A stretch of 64,000 nucleotides of DNA from an uncultured Chloroflexia bacterium (GCA_963748625.1 CAVVJT010000007.1:128001-192000); one strand, 5' to 3'. Counted from the stretch's first letter, positions 1 to 11,094 are shown. Program-made: numbers and translations. Notes: generated by a model not told the origin, from the sequence alone.

Positions 1-456
1 GAAGGCGGCGAAGTTGACGGCGGCCGCCGGCCGTGCGGCCAGTGCCGCAGCGAGGTCATCGGGCACGACACCTGCCTCCGAGTCGTCGAGCACGGTCCAC
101 GAGCCGTCCGCCTTGGCGCGGTCGATCACCGCGCGCCCGGCCGGCTGCATGCGGCCAGCCGCCTCGAGCCTGGCAACCCGCGCCTTGTTGGTGGCAGCCC
201 ACACGGAGCCCGCCTTGCGCGGCGCGAAATAGAGCTTCGTGCGCTGCTCGTCCACGCGGCCCGCCGTGCTGTCCACCCAGCCGACGCACAGGGCCTCCTC
301 GATGGCGGCCTCGTAGGGCAGCACCTCGTGGCCGGATCCCTTGCGCCACGTCACCAGCCACGCGCACGCCGCGGTCGCGTGGTTGGCCTGCAGCCAGGCC
401 CGCCACTCCTCACGCGTCTCACACTGCACGAGCGGCGCGTCGTCGAGCTTGCCCAT
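1..456 (-). CDS. YdeI/OmpD-associated family protein (3' end outside window)
   Basis: Manual translation from ATG at 456: MGKLDDAPLVQCETREEWRAWLQANH...YEAAIEEALCVGWVDS...FAPRKAGSVWAATNKARVARLEAAGRMQPAG, typical of YdeI. Confidence 0.85.
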   Translation of the reverse strand, partial: MGKLDDAPLVQCETREEWRAWLQANHATAACAWLVTWRKGSGHEVLPYEAAIEEALCVGWVDSTAGRVDEQRTKLYFAPRKAGSVWAATNKARVARLEAAGRMQPAGRAVIDRAKADGSWTVLDDSEAGVVPDDLAAALAARPAAAVNFAAF

Positions 457-472
457 GGGCGAAGGGTAGTCG

Positions 473-2164
473 CTACGCCCGCTCGCGGTCCTTGACGATC
501 CGCTGGGCAGCGAACTTGCCGGGCGCCCCTGTCACGCAGCCACCCGGATGCGTCCCGGAGCCGCACTGGTAGTAGCCGTCGATGGGGGTGCGGTAGTCGG
601 CATATCCGGGTGCCGGGCGGAACGAGAACATCTGCGAGGCGAACAACTCGCCGTGGTAGATGTTCCCCTCCGTGAGGCCTGCGACGTGCTCGATGTCGAG
701 GGGCGTCACGACCTCGCGCTGGAGCACGAGGTCGGAGAAGCCGGGGAAGAACGACTCGAGCGTCCGCTGCGCGACGTCGCCCAGGTTCTGGCGCTCCGTC
801 TCCCAGTCCGAGCCCTTGAGCTCGTACGGGGTGTACTGGGTGAAGCAGGACATGACGTGCTGGCCGGGAGGCGCCATGTCGGGGTCAACGACGCTCTGGA
901 TGCACGTGTCGAGATAGGGCCTGCTGCTGTACCAGCCGTACTTGCCCTCGTCGAAGGCGTGCTCGAGGTAATCCATGGAGGGCGCGATGTTGACGAAGCC
1001 CCGCAGGTGGTCATCACGACCCGGGAACGACGGGTGCTCCGGCAGGCCCGAGAGGGCGAAGTTCACCTTGGAGGAGACGCCCTGGAAGCGGTAGCGACGG
1101 ATGGCATCCACGAGATCGGTGGGCAGCTCGCGCGGATCCACGAGCTCCATGAACGTGCGCCGCGGGTCCAGCGCGGACACCACGATGGGCGCGTGCAGCT
1201 CGGTGCCGTCGGCGAGCGCGACGCCCACCGCCTGGCCGTGCCTCGTGATCACGCTGTCCACGGGCGCCTCGGTGCGGATCTCCGCGCCGAAGGAGCGGGC
1301 CGCGCGGGCCAGGACCTGGGTGAAGCCGCCGTTGCCGCCCTTGTGGAACGACCACGTGCCCAGGGCCCCGTCGTGCTCGCCGAGCATCAGGTAGAGCAGC
1401 GCAAGGCCCGACCCCGCCGAGCGCGGACCGACCTTGGTGCCGACCGTGCCCGACGAGGAGAGCCAGCCCTTGAGGAGCTCGTTCTCGAAGTAGTCGTCGA
1501 GGAAATCCGCGGCGGAGCCCGTGAGCAACCGCACCGCGTTGTGCAGGACGTCCTTCGGCAGCGCCTTGAAGCGTGCGCCCAGCCCCGCGAGGGCGAGGAG
1601 CTCCTCGGGGTCGTCGGTGAAGAGGTTCGGGGCAGGGGCGTCCATCAGTGGCTTGAACGCCTGGAGGATCTTGCCGATGTCCGAGTCGTACCGGTCATAG
1701 GCGTCGGCGTCGTGCTTGGACAGCCGCCGGATCTCCTGCTGGTTGACCGCGTGGTCCTGCGTCATCAGCAGGTACTCACCGTTCTCGCCCGGGCAGAACG
1801 TCGAGGCCATCAGCAGCGGCATGAAGCCGTGCTTGACGAGGTCCAGCTCCTGGACGATGTCGGGGCGGAACAGCGAGAGCGCGTACGAGAAGGTCGTGAA
1901 GGAGAACCCTGGGCGCAGCTCCTCGGTGATGGCCGCGCCGCCGACGATGTGCCGGCGCTCCAGCACAAGCGTCTTCAAGCCGGACTTCGCGAGGTAGGCG
2001 CCGTTGACGAGGCCGTTGTGCCCACCGCCGACGACGATCGCGTCCCAGGTCTCGTCCTTCGCGTGCCGGGCCGGGGTCGTGGTGGCTTTCGGGGCCGCCT
2101 TCGTGGAGGCCTTCGCGGGCTTGACGGCCTCGGCCTTCTTGTCGGTCTTCTTCGTCGTCGCCAT
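473..2164 (-). CDS. FAD-dependent oxidoreductase, phytoene dehydrogenase/PYROXD2-like
   Basis: DAIVVGGGHNGLV dinucleotide motif, LERRHIVGGA, C-terminal YQCGSGTHPGGCVTGAPG; start overlaps the upstream stop codon. Confidence 0.85.
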   Translation of the reverse strand: MATTKKTDKKAEAVKPAKASTKAAPKATTTPARHAKDETWDAIVVGGGHNGLVNGAYLAKSGLKTLVLERRHIVGGAAITEELRPGFSFTTFSYALSLFRPDIVQELDLVKHGFMPLLMASTFCPGENGEYLLMTQDHAVNQQEIRRLSKHDADAYDRYDSDIGKILQAFKPLMDAPAPNLFTDDPEELLALAGLGARFKALPKDVLHNAVRLLTGSAADFLDDYFENELLKGWLSSSGTVGTKVGPRSAGSGLALLYLMLGEHDGALGTWSFHKGGNGGFTQVLARAARSFGAEIRTEAPVDSVITRHGQAVGVALADGTELHAPIVVSALDPRRTFMELVDPRELPTDLVDAIRRYRFQGVSSKVNFALSGLPEHPSFPGRDDHLRGFVNIAPSMDYLEHAFDEGKYGWYSSRPYLDTCIQSVVDPDMAPPGQHVMSCFTQYTPYELKGSDWETERQNLGDVAQRTLESFFPGFSDLVLQREVVTPLDIEHVAGLTEGNIYHGELFASQMFSFRPAPGYADYRTPIDGYYQCGSGTHPGGCVTGAPGKFAAQRIVKDRERA

Positions 2165-3363
2165 CACGCCGTCTTCCGCTGGGGGTTGTAGAGGGGCAGC
2201 CGCGCGGTCTCCGCAGCCACGTGGACGTAGCGGTGGTTGATGGGGATCTCCAGGTTGACCTTCGATCCCGGGGCGGCCAGGCCGACTGGGACGCGAGCGA
2301 TGCCGATGTGGCGCTGGAGGACCGGCGAGTACATGAAGCTGGTCACGAAGCCCACCTGCTCGCCCGCCTGGTCGTACAGGTACTGCTCGGCCTGGACGGG
2401 CACGTGGTTCATCTGGGGCAGATGGCCCGCCTCCTCGTGGACGCGGTTCCAATCCTCGTAGTCCACCAGGATGCCCGTGGTCCGGAAGCGCGAGGTCCCC
2501 TGGTCGCGCTCACGACGGAGGGCGTTGCGGCCGATGAAGATTCGGTCGTCGTCGAGGCCCTTGAGCGTCCAGCCGAGGCCCAGCTCGAAGGGGGTCGCGC
2601 GGTCGTGGTCGGTCCAGGCGAAGCGGCTGGAGACGAAGTCCACGTCGAGCAGGAGGAGGCCCGCCTCGATCCGTGTCATGTAGAGCGCCTGCAGGCCGTA
2701 GGGGATCACGCCGTACCCGCGGGTCCCGTCCCAGACGGCGTCCCAGACCGCGAGTGCGTCGTCCGTGCGGCACCAGATCTCGTAGCCGAGGTCACCGGTG
2801 TACCCGGTGCGCGACACGTTCACCGCGCGCCCGCCGATGGTGGCCGGGCCGTGGCCGAAGTACGGGAGCGCGCCGATGGCGGGGTCGAGGCGCTCCAGGA
2901 GCATCCGGGACCGGGGACCCTGGAGGGCGAGCACCGCCCAGTCGTCGGAGACGTCCTCGATCTCGACCTGGTCGCGCGGCCCCCGCAGGTCGGCGAAGTA
3001 GGCGAGGTTCGGCTCGGCCGCGGTCAGGGTGAATTCGTCCTCGGCATGGCGCAGGAGCACGCCGTCCTCCACGACGAAGCCGCGGTCGTCGCACCAGATC
3101 GCGTAGTGGGCCTCGCCCGGCTTGAGGGTCCGGGGGTCGCGGGCCATCACGCCCGCGAGGAACCGCTCCGCGCCAGGGCCGCTGAAGCGGTACTTGAACA
3201 GCGGCGACACGTCGAAGATGCCGGCCGCGTTGCGGACCGAGACGTACTCGGCCTTCTCGGAGAGCTGGTACCGGTCCGCGGCCAGCCGGCCTGACCAGTG
3301 GCTCCACAGGCCGGTCGTGTTGAGCGCCGCCGTGCGCTCGTGGAAGGGGGTGGTTCCGATCAT
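2164..3363 (-). CDS. Aminomethyltransferase (GcvT/DmdA-like folate-binding) family protein
   Basis: RNAAGIFDVSPL, ALQGPRS, SRTGYTGDLGYEIW, TRIEAG motifs. Confidence 0.9.
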   Translation of the reverse strand: MIGTTPFHERTAALNTTGLWSHWSGRLAADRYQLSEKAEYVSVRNAAGIFDVSPLFKYRFSGPGAERFLAGVMARDPRTLKPGEAHYAIWCDDRGFVVEDGVLLRHAEDEFTLTAAEPNLAYFADLRGPRDQVEIEDVSDDWAVLALQGPRSRMLLERLDPAIGALPYFGHGPATIGGRAVNVSRTGYTGDLGYEIWCRTDDALAVWDAVWDGTRGYGVIPYGLQALYMTRIEAGLLLLDVDFVSSRFAWTDHDRATPFELGLGWTLKGLDDDRIFIGRNALRRERDQGTSRFRTTGILVDYEDWNRVHEEAGHLPQMNHVPVQAEQYLYDQAGEQVGFVTSFMYSPVLQRHIGIARVPVGLAAPGSKVNLEIPINHRYVHVAAETARLPLYNPQRKTA

Positions 3364-3512
3364 GGGGCGCGCGGGTCCTCCTCCGGGCGGGGTCAGAGCA
3401 CGCTACCGGGTCCGGGGTCTCGTGGCCAGCCCTTGTTGCCCACGATGGGCCGGCGTTCGCTGGGGTGCGGGGCCGCGGCCGGGCCTGCGCCCGGACCAGG
3501 GACATCAGGGCG

Positions 3513-4037
3513 TCAAGCGCCGGCTGCATCCTCCGTGGCCGCGCGCGCCTCGGCGAGTCCGCCCTCCTCCTCGATAAGCGGTGCGGTCGTGATGTTCCAC
3601 CCGCCGAAGACGGCCACGCCATCCAGGCGGAGCGTGGGCGCACCGACGGCAGGGTTGCCGTGTGGCCGGCTGTCGCTCACGCCGCCCGGGACACACAGCA
3701 CGGCCGACTCGACCCGCCAGTCATCGGGCACCACAAGGTTGCCGCCGCCGAACAGCGCCTGCACCCGGAGGGTGGCGCCATCGGGCGCAAGCCGGGTCCG
3801 CAGCAGGTCCAGCGTGCCGCCGCCGAACCACGTCGTCACCGCCCCGCCGCGGAACGCCTGCGCCGTGGCCTCGTGCTCGAGCGGGCCGAAGGTGGCAACG
3901 AGATCCACCTCGTCGGCGTCGGGCTCCTGGCGCACGGATGCACGGCCGAACAGCTTCGCGTAGGCGACGGCGCCGAACACGAAGACGAACCAGCCGAAGA
4001 GGAGGATGGCGAGGAGCTTGAGCAGGCGGCCGGGCAT
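3513..4037 (-). CDS. LiaF-like cell-envelope stress membrane protein
   Basis: N-terminal TM helix followed by FGGGTLDL, ALFGGGNLVVPDDWRV, AVFGG beta-repeat motifs. Confidence 0.65.
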   Translation of the reverse strand: MPGRLLKLLAILLFGWFVFVFGAVAYAKLFGRASVRQEPDADEVDLVATFGPLEHEATAQAFRGGAVTTWFGGGTLDLLRTRLAPDGATLRVQALFGGGNLVVPDDWRVESAVLCVPGGVSDSRPHGNPAVGAPTLRLDGVAVFGGWNITTAPLIEEEGGLAEARAATEDAAGA

Positions 4038-4315
4038 CGTGAGACTCCCAGGAGGCAGGTCTGGCGCAGTCGGCACCAGGGTCGAGCGAAGGGTCCGCCA
4101 CAGGGGGCAATGGGACAAGGTCCCTGTGGACCACGAAGGCCGGTGATTCGCGCCCGCTCCCGATCGCGGGTATGGTTCAGCCTTCGTTCGTGTTCTACGG
4201 GTGCCCCCGGTCGGCGCCCCGGTCATACCCAGACCGCAGGATCCCGACACCCAATCAGCGCCCCGGACCGGGCCCCGCACGTGCGGGACGTGGGCCCTCC
4301 AGGAGCCGCTACACC

Positions 4316-6067
4316 GTGACCTTCGACGGTCTCGGGCTGTCGCCCGAGTTGCTGCGCGCCGTGGATGACGAGGGCTATACCCAGCCCACGCCGGTCCAGC
4401 TCGCCGCCATCCCCCTTGTCCTTGCCGGCCGCGACGTGCTCGCAGGTGCCCAGACGGGCACCGGCAAGACGGCTGCCTTCGTGCTGCCGATCATCAACAT
4501 GCTCCACGCCACGCGACGTGACGGCACAGGACGCCACCCCGTTCGCGTCCTCGTCGTCGTGCCCACGCGCGAGCTCGCGATCCAGGTGGAGGAGTCCGTG
4601 CGCACGTACGGCGTCCACCGGCCGATCCGCTCGGCGACCATCTACGGTGGGGTGGGCTTCGGTCCCCAGCTCACCAAGCTGCGCGCTGGCCCCGAGATCG
4701 TGGTCGCGACGCCCGGGCGCCTGCTCGACCACATCGGACGCGGGACCGTCGACCTCTCGCGCGTCGAGATTCTCGTCCTCGACGAGGCCGACCGGATGCT
4801 CGACATGGGCTTCATCCGCGACATCCGCAAGATCCTCGCCCTGCTCCCGAAACGCCGCCAGAACCTGCTGTTCTCGGCGACCTTCTCGGACGACATCCGC
4901 GGGCTCGCCGACGGCCTGCTGGACAACCCGGCCCTGGTCCAGGTGACGCCGCGGAACACCACGACCGAGCTTGTCGACCAGCTGGTGATCCCGGTGGACC
5001 GCGAGCGCAAGCGCGACCTGCTGCGCGAGCTCGTGGCCCTCGGCCGGGTCCGCCAGGCCCTCGTCTTCACGCGGACCAAGCACGGCGCGAACCGGCTGGC
5101 ATTGCAGCTGCAGAAGGACGGCATCAGCACGGCCGCCATCCACGGCAACCGCAGCCAGGGCCAGCGGGTCAAGGCGCTCGACGACTTCAAGGCCGGGCGT
5201 GTCTCCATGCTGGTCGCGACCGACATCGCCGCCCGCGGCCTCGACATCGAGCAGCTGCCGACGGTGGTCAACTACGAGCTGCCGATGGTGGCCGAGGATT
5301 ACGTCCACCGGATCGGCCGGACCGGGCGGGCTGGCGAGACGGGCCAGGCGATCAGCCTCGTCTGCGTCGACGAGGCACCGCTGCTGCGCCAGATCCAGGG
5401 CCTGCTCAAGCGCCAGGTCCCGTCCGAGGTGATCGCCGGCTTCGAGCCCGACAGCCGCGCGAGGCCGGAGCCGATCCGCCTGCGGTCCACGCCCGCCGAG
5501 CGGGAGGAGACGCGCGCGAACCGGGCTGCAGCGAGTGCGGTCGCCGTCGGGGCCGCCAGGGCTGCCGGCGGACCGGGTCACCAGCAGCGGAACCGGGGCG
5601 AGGACGGGGTCGCGCGCGGCCGGCGTCCCGGACCGGCAGGCGAGGAGCGCGTCACCGAGGCACATCCGCGTGCCGCCGGCGGCCGGCCGGCCGACCAGGC
5701 TCGCGGGCCGCGTCACGCTCGTGGCGCGGGTGGCCGGACGGCTGCACGCTCCGATCGGAGCGGTGCCTCCATCGGCCAGCCACCGGCCCAGGGCTGGTCG
5801 CAGGGTGAGCGCCAGGCGGAATCGGCGGGTCGTCCCCAGGCCCATCCGCATGCGCAGGGCGGCCGCGGCCGCGGTGCCCGGAGCGGGCGTCCGGCATCGG
5901 GCTCGGGTCGTCCGGGTTCCGCTTCCGGGCGGCCTGGTTCCGCATCCGGCCGGCCCGACGCCGCCCGGACCTCCGGGTCCACGTCGGGCCACGGACCGCA
6001 GGGCGCTGACGGTCGTTCGCGGGCGCTGCCCGGGGAGCGTATCCGCCGCCTCGACGGTCCTCGCTGA
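4316..6067 (+). CDS. DEAD-box RNA helicase, RhlE-like, with long Gly/Arg-rich tail
   Basis: [29 protein letters not shown] motifs; GTG start after AGGAG RBS. Confidence 0.95.
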   Translation: MTFDGLGLSPELLRAVDDEGYTQPTPVQLAAIPLVLAGRDVLAGAQTGTGKTAAFVLPIINMLHATRRDGTGRHPVRVLVVVPTRELAIQVEESVRTYGVHRPIRSATIYGGVGFGPQLTKLRAGPEIVVATPGRLLDHIGRGTVDLSRVEILVLDEADRMLDMGFIRDIRKILALLPKRRQNLLFSATFSDDIRGLADGLLDNPALVQVTPRNTTTELVDQLVIPVDRERKRDLLRELVALGRVRQALVFTRTKHGANRLALQLQKDGISTAAIHGNRSQGQRVKALDDFKAGRVSMLVATDIAARGLDIEQLPTVVNYELPMVAEDYVHRIGRTGRAGETGQAISLVCVDEAPLLRQIQGLLKRQVPSEVIAGFEPDSRARPEPIRLRSTPAEREETRANRAAASAVAVGAARAAGGPGHQQRNRGEDGVARGRRPGPAGEERVTEAHPRAAGGRPADQARGPRHARGAGGRTAARSDRSGASIGQPPAQGWSQGERQAESAGRPQAHPHAQGGRGRGARSGRPASGSGRPGSASGRPGSASGRPDAARTSGSTSGHGPQGADGRSRALPGERIRRLDGPR

Positions 6068-6115
6068 CACCCGTTCCCCGCTGACACCCAGCCCCTGCAC
6101 CCGTAGACTCCGCAC

Positions 6116-6961
6116 ATGCCCTCCTTCTACCGCCTCGAGGATCCCCTGCCGCCGCTCGACGCGCCGGTGGTCGTGGCCGCCTTCGACGGTTGGGTCGACG
6201 CGGGCGCCGCGGCGACCACCGTGCTCGACCTCCTCGGTGACGGCGCACCGGTCGTCGCCACGTGGGACCCCGACGAGCTGTTCGACTACCGCGCGCGACG
6301 CCCCACGCTCGAGATCCGCGATGGCGTGCTCACCCGGCTCACCTGGCCTGCCATCACCCTTCGGGCTGCGCGGTTCGGCGGGCGGGACGTGCTGCTGCTC
6401 TCGGGCGCCGAGCCTGACGACCAGTGGCGGCGGTTCGCGTCGAGCGTGGTCGAGGTGCTGACCCGGCTCGGCGTGCAGGAGTGGGTGAGCCTTGGCTCCA
6501 TCCCCGCCGCTGTCGCGCACACGCGCCCGGTCCCGGTCATGGGCACAGCCTCTCCCAGGGGTGTCTTGCGCGGGGGCGTCCAGCCCGGTCCCACCGGCCT
6601 GCTCAAGGTTCCCGCCGCCGCGCTGTCCATGCTCGAGATGGCCGTCTCGGAGGCGGACGTCCCGACGGTCGGGTACTTCGCCCAGATCCCCCACTACGTC
6701 AGCGGGCCCTACTCGCTGGCCTCCCTGGAGCTGCTGGTGAGCCTGGAGCTGCACCTGGGAGTCCCGCTGCCGCGGGGGGACCTCGTCGAGGAGGGCCGCC
6801 AGCTCCGCCAGCGCCTGGATGCAGCTGCAGCGGCGGACGAGGCCACGCGAGCCTACGTCGAGCGGCTGGAGTCGATGGTGGACGAGTCACGCCGCCCGGA
6901 GGGCGACGACCTCATCGCCGAGATCGAGCGCTTCCTGCGCAACGGCGGCGATCCCGCCTGA
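6116..6961 (+). CDS. PAC2 family (proteasome assembly chaperone-like) protein
   Basis: AFDGWVDAG, DELFDYRARRP, GAEPDDQW, HTRP, QIPHYV motifs. Confidence 0.85.
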   Translation: MPSFYRLEDPLPPLDAPVVVAAFDGWVDAGAAATTVLDLLGDGAPVVATWDPDELFDYRARRPTLEIRDGVLTRLTWPAITLRAARFGGRDVLLLSGAEPDDQWRRFASSVVEVLTRLGVQEWVSLGSIPAAVAHTRPVPVMGTASPRGVLRGGVQPGPTGLLKVPAAALSMLEMAVSEADVPTVGYFAQIPHYVSGPYSLASLELLVSLELHLGVPLPRGDLVEEGRQLRQRLDAAAAADEATRAYVERLESMVDESRRPEGDDLIAEIERFLRNGGDPA

Positions 6962-7048
6962 CGGCAGGGGCACGCCGGTCGGGCCGACGACGCGGGTCGC
7001 CGGCGTGGGCTGGCGAGCGTAGGAAAGACGGGCTCCCCCGGTGACCGG

Positions 7049-9312
7049 CTAGAAGCGCTCCCGCCGCACCGTCACCACCTGGCCGCGGATCGTCGCCCCG
7101 CGGAGCCTCTGGATCACGTGATCCGCGGCATCCGCCGGCACCTCCACGAGCGAGAACCCGTCAGCGATCTGGATCGCACCGATGTCCCCGCCACGAAGCC
7201 CCGCCTCGTTGGTGATGGCACCCACCAGGTCCCCTGGCCGGACCCCGGCCGCGCGTCCGGCGCCCACGAAGAGGCGCGTCACGCCGCCGGGTCCACCGGA
7301 GCCTGCATTGGGTGCGCGCAGCACCGGCCGTCCCTCAAGGTCGCGCCAGCCGCTCGCGCGGTAGCCACGTCGCGGACCGGCCGGGACGGGTCCCGACGCG
7401 GGGCCGGCACCGGCGGGGCGGACGGGCCGGACAGGACCGCCGGGGCCGCCTGGGCCGCGGTCGCCATAACTGCCGGGTCCACCGGGGCCTCCGGGGCCGC
7501 CGGGACCGCCTTGTCCGCGGTCACCGTGGAACTCCTGGCCGCCGTCGGGCGGCGGGGCTCCCGTCGGGCGCGGGCGGGGTCCCTGACCGGCGTGCGGTGC
7601 CTCCGGCTGCCCGAAGCGTTGCGGGCCGTCGAAGCGCGCGGGCCGTCGAAGCGCGGCGGGCCGTCGAAGCGCGGCGGGCCGTCGAAGCGCGGCGGGCGGG
7701 GCCTGCCCGCGTAGGCCGCGGAGCGGTCATCGCCATACCGGGGCCGCCGGGGGGGACCGCCCCTCGAGCGGTCGTAGGGCTGCGGCAGCATCGCCGGCGC
7801 GAGCTCGGTGGTGTCCTCGTCGCCGCGGGCCTCGGCATCGGCCATGGCCACGGCGGCGAGCGCGATGTCCACGAGATCGAACTCTCCCGTGAGCGCCTCC
7901 ACAACGCCGCGATAGCGCTCCGTTCCACCACCGACGAGGGCCTCGCGCAGCGAGCCGCGCAGCAGGTCCAGGCGATGCTCGCGCATGTCGGAGACCGTGG
8001 GCAGGCCGGCGATCTCGAGCGGCGCCCCCACGACGCGCTCGATGTTCCGCAGCAGGTTGTGCTCGCGGGGCTCGAGGAGCGTGATCGCCACGCCATCGCG
8101 GCCCGCCCGGCCGGTGCGCCCGATCCGGTGCACGTACGTGTCGGCAGACGAGGGAACGTCGTAGTTCACCACGTGGGTGATGATCCCGATGTCCAGGCCC
8201 CGCGCGGCGACGTCCGTCGCGACGAGCACGTCCAGCGCCCCGTCACGGAACCGCTGCATGATCCGGTCGCGCTGCTCCTGGGCAAGGCCACCATGGAGCG
8301 CCGCCGCGTCGCGACCGCGCCCGCTCAGGGCCTCGGCAAGGTCATCGACCTCACCGCGTGTCCGGGCGAACACCAGGGTTGCGGCGCCGTCCTCGAGGTC
8401 CAGGATCCGGCCCAGGGCCGCCAGCTTGTCGGCACGCCGGACCACGTACGCGACCTGGCGGACGCGGGCGTCCTCGCCCTGCAGGGGCTTCTCGCCCTCG
8501 ACGCGGACGCGGGCAGGGTTGCGCAGGTGGCTCTCGGCGAGCCTCGCGATGGGGCCCGAGATGGTGGCCGAGAACAGCGCCGTCTGGCGTTGCAGCGGGA
8601 GCGCCGAGAGGATGCGCTCGAGGTCGTCCGCGAAGCCCATGTCGAGCATCTCGTCGGCCTCGTCGAGCACGACCGTCTCGACGTGGTCGAAGCGCAGGGT
8701 GCCCCGGTCGAGGTGATCGACGGCGCGTCCGGGCGTTGCCACCACCACGTCCACGCCACGGGCGAGCCGGTGGAGCTGCGTGGTGATCGGCTGCCCACCG
8801 TACACGGGGACCACGCGCACGCCGAGGTCGCGACCGTACCGGTGCACGGCCTCCGCGACCTGCATGGCGAGCTCGCGGGTGGGGGCGAGCACGAGCGCGG
8901 AAGGGCGGCTGCCGCGACCGTCCGCGGGCACGCCCCGGTTGTCCGCGGGCTGGCCGGCGGCACGAGCCTCGTCGAGGCGCACGATCAGCCGGGCAAGGAT
9001 CGGGAGGGCGAAGGCGGCGGTCTTCCCGGTGCCTGTCGGCGCCTCGGCCAGCAGGTCGGAACCGCGCAGGAGCGGCGGGATCGCCGCCTCCTGGACGGGG
9101 GTGGGCTCCTCGTACCCGAGGGCCACCAGGGTGCGCAGGATGCGGGGGTCGAGGCCGAGCGCCGCGAAGCCTGCGGCGGGCGCGGTGGCCTCGGCAGCAT
9201 CGGCGGGCAGGCCAGAGCCGGAGGCGGTGGTGGGGGTGGCGTCGGCGGAGTCGGCGGGGGCGTTGGTGGGGGTGCCCGCGTCCGCGGACGCGTCGGGCGA
9301 GTCTTCGTTCAC
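7049..9312 (-). CDS. deaD: DEAD-box helicase DeaD/CsdA-like with C-terminal DbpA RNA-binding domain; 1-bp frameshift near 7638
   Basis: Helicase motifs in ORF 7279-9312; DbpA-type domain (RLFVGAGRAAGVRPGDLVGAITNEAG) in ORF 7049-7324; the frames join if one base is restored in an 18-bp tandem repeat. Confidence 0.85.
7621..7691. repeat. 18-bp coding tandem repeat (PPRFDG) x4, one copy 17 bp
   Basis: Unit gcgggccgtcgaagcgcg repeated; the copy at 7621 lacks one G. Confidence 0.9.
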
Positions 9313-9376
9313 CTCTAGATGCTACGCCCGATCGCGCTGCTGGCCCTGCCCGGCCGCGCGGGGGATACTGGGTCCG

Positions 9377-9826
9377 ATGCGAATGGTGGAAGCGGAGGCC
9401 CTCGTCGGCGCATCGCTTGACGAGGTCTGGGATCTCTACGACGACATCACGGGTGCACCACGGTGGATGCCCGCGGTGCGCGCGATCCTCTATGTCTCCG
9501 GGCCGACGCGCGCGGGCACGATCTACCGGGAGCGGACGTCCCTGCTCGGGATTCCGTCAACCGCCCAGTGGGAGGTGGTCGAGCACCGTCGGCCGAAGGT
9601 CCAGATCCGCACCACCGACGACGCGTGGATCCAGCGGGTCCTCACGCTCTCGTTCGAGGGACGCGGGTCCGGCGTGCGGGTGCACCACGTCGTGGAGCTG
9701 CGCTCGCACCTCTGGGGGCCGTTGGGCTGGCTGCACGAACAGGTGGCAGCGGTGATCGTCGCCGCGGAGCTCCGGGGGACCGCAGCGGGCGCCAAGCGGG
9801 CCTTCGAGGGTCGCCCGACGCGCTGA
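9377..9826 (+). CDS. SRPBCC family protein
   Basis: ASLDEVWDLYDDITGAPRWMP polyketide-cyclase/START-like pattern, about 150 aa. Confidence 0.75.
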   Translation: MRMVEAEALVGASLDEVWDLYDDITGAPRWMPAVRAILYVSGPTRAGTIYRERTSLLGIPSTAQWEVVEHRRPKVQIRTTDDAWIQRVLTLSFEGRGSGVRVHHVVELRSHLWGPLGWLHEQVAAVIVAAELRGTAAGAKRAFEGRPTR

Positions 9827-9839
9827 TCGCGACCCGGGC

Positions 9840-11078
9840 TCAGCCGAAGGCGCGCTCGATCGCCCGTACCGCGGATCCGACACCGTCCTCCGCCCGGATG
9901 ACACCACCGAGCGCGGCCGCGGCATCACGCATCGCCTGGTCGTGCACGGCTTGGTCGAGAGCGCCCGCCAGCGATTCCCGGGTGAGCCTGCCTCGCGGCA
10001 GCGGCACCGGTCCCGCGCCCGCCGCCCGGACCCGTGACGCCCAGAACGGCTGGTCCACACCGAAGGGCACCACGACGTTCGGCACGCCGGCGCGCAGGCC
10101 CGCCCCCGTCGTCCCGGCGCCTCCGTGGTGCACGATCGCGTCGACGCGGGGGAAGAGCCAGTCGTGCGGCACGGACGTCGCAACGAAGACGTCGTCGGAG
10201 GCGCTGGGAGCGTCGGCCAGGCCGCCCCAACCGGTGAGCATGACGGCCCGGACACCGGCATCGCGCGCCGCCCCGACGACCAACGAGGTGAGTCCTCCCG
10301 GGTCGCCGCCGACCATGCTCCCGAAGCCGATGCTCACGACCGGCCGGCGCCGGTCCGCAAGGAACGCCTCGAGCTCCGCGGGAGGCGTCCACGGACCTGC
10401 GTCGAGGAACCACCAGCCCGTGACGATCCGCGGGCGCGGGCCATTGTCCGGCACCGGTACGACCGCCGGGCTGAAGCCGTACAGGATCGGGCCGTCACCC
10501 TGGAGACGGAACGGCCCATCCAGCCCGAGCTCGGCGCGACGCACCTTCGCCATCGACCCCTTGAACGGCATCCACAGTGCCAGCTCCGTCGCACGGTGGC
10601 TCAGCCGTCGCCCGAGCCCGCCGAGGATTGCCGGTGGTGAGGCGAAGAGCGCCCCGGGGTAGCGATCCGTCGGCGCCCCGACCGGCTGCAGGTGGGCTTC
10701 CAGGAACGGGATCCCGGCCGCCTCTGCGGCGGCGCGCGCGACGACCATCCCGCCGATCCCGCCCACGGCGAGGTCGATGTCGTCCATGGCGGCACGCGCC
10801 GTGCGGGTCCACTCGGCAAGGCGGCCCTCCATCTCCCGTGCGGTGGCGCGGAGTCCGCGCACGCCGCCCGACGGCATGCCGCCGCCAAGCGCGCGCGCGG
10901 CGTCCTCGACGCTGCCGCCGAGGGCGTGGAAGCCGAGGGCGTGGTCGCCCGCCATGTCCGCGGCGTTGTCGGGCGCCAGCAGCACCACCTCGTGGCCGGC
11001 GGCCTGGAGTCCAGCGCCGAGCGCCACATACGGCTGGACGCCGCCGCGGGTGTCGTTCGCGATGATCAGGACGCGCAT
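9840..11078 (-). CDS. GT1/GT28-type glycosyltransferase (sterol glucosyltransferase-like)
   Basis: TRGGVQPYVALG, GFGSM, VPHDWLFP, HHGGAGTT, PFGVDQPFW. Confidence 0.9.
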   Translation of the reverse strand: MRVLIIANDTRGGVQPYVALGAGLQAAGHEVVLLAPDNAADMAGDHALGFHALGGSVEDAARALGGGMPSGGVRGLRATAREMEGRLAEWTRTARAAMDDIDLAVGGIGGMVVARAAAEAAGIPFLEAHLQPVGAPTDRYPGALFASPPAILGGLGRRLSHRATELALWMPFKGSMAKVRRAELGLDGPFRLQGDGPILYGFSPAVVPVPDNGPRPRIVTGWWFLDAGPWTPPAELEAFLADRRRPVVSIGFGSMVGGDPGGLTSLVVGAARDAGVRAVMLTGWGGLADAPSASDDVFVATSVPHDWLFPRVDAIVHHGGAGTTGAGLRAGVPNVVVPFGVDQPFWASRVRAAGAGPVPLPRGRLTRESLAGALDQAVHDQAMRDAAAALGGVIRAEDGVGSAVRAIERAFG

Positions 11079-11094
11079 GCTCGGGTGAACCTCG

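Noticed and set aside
4223-6754. Very long antisense ORFs (also 548-2191, 12427-14577, 37164-38999 and the 5' part of 46830-49430)
   Set aside because: Shadow ORFs expected at high GC opposite genes with clear family motifs
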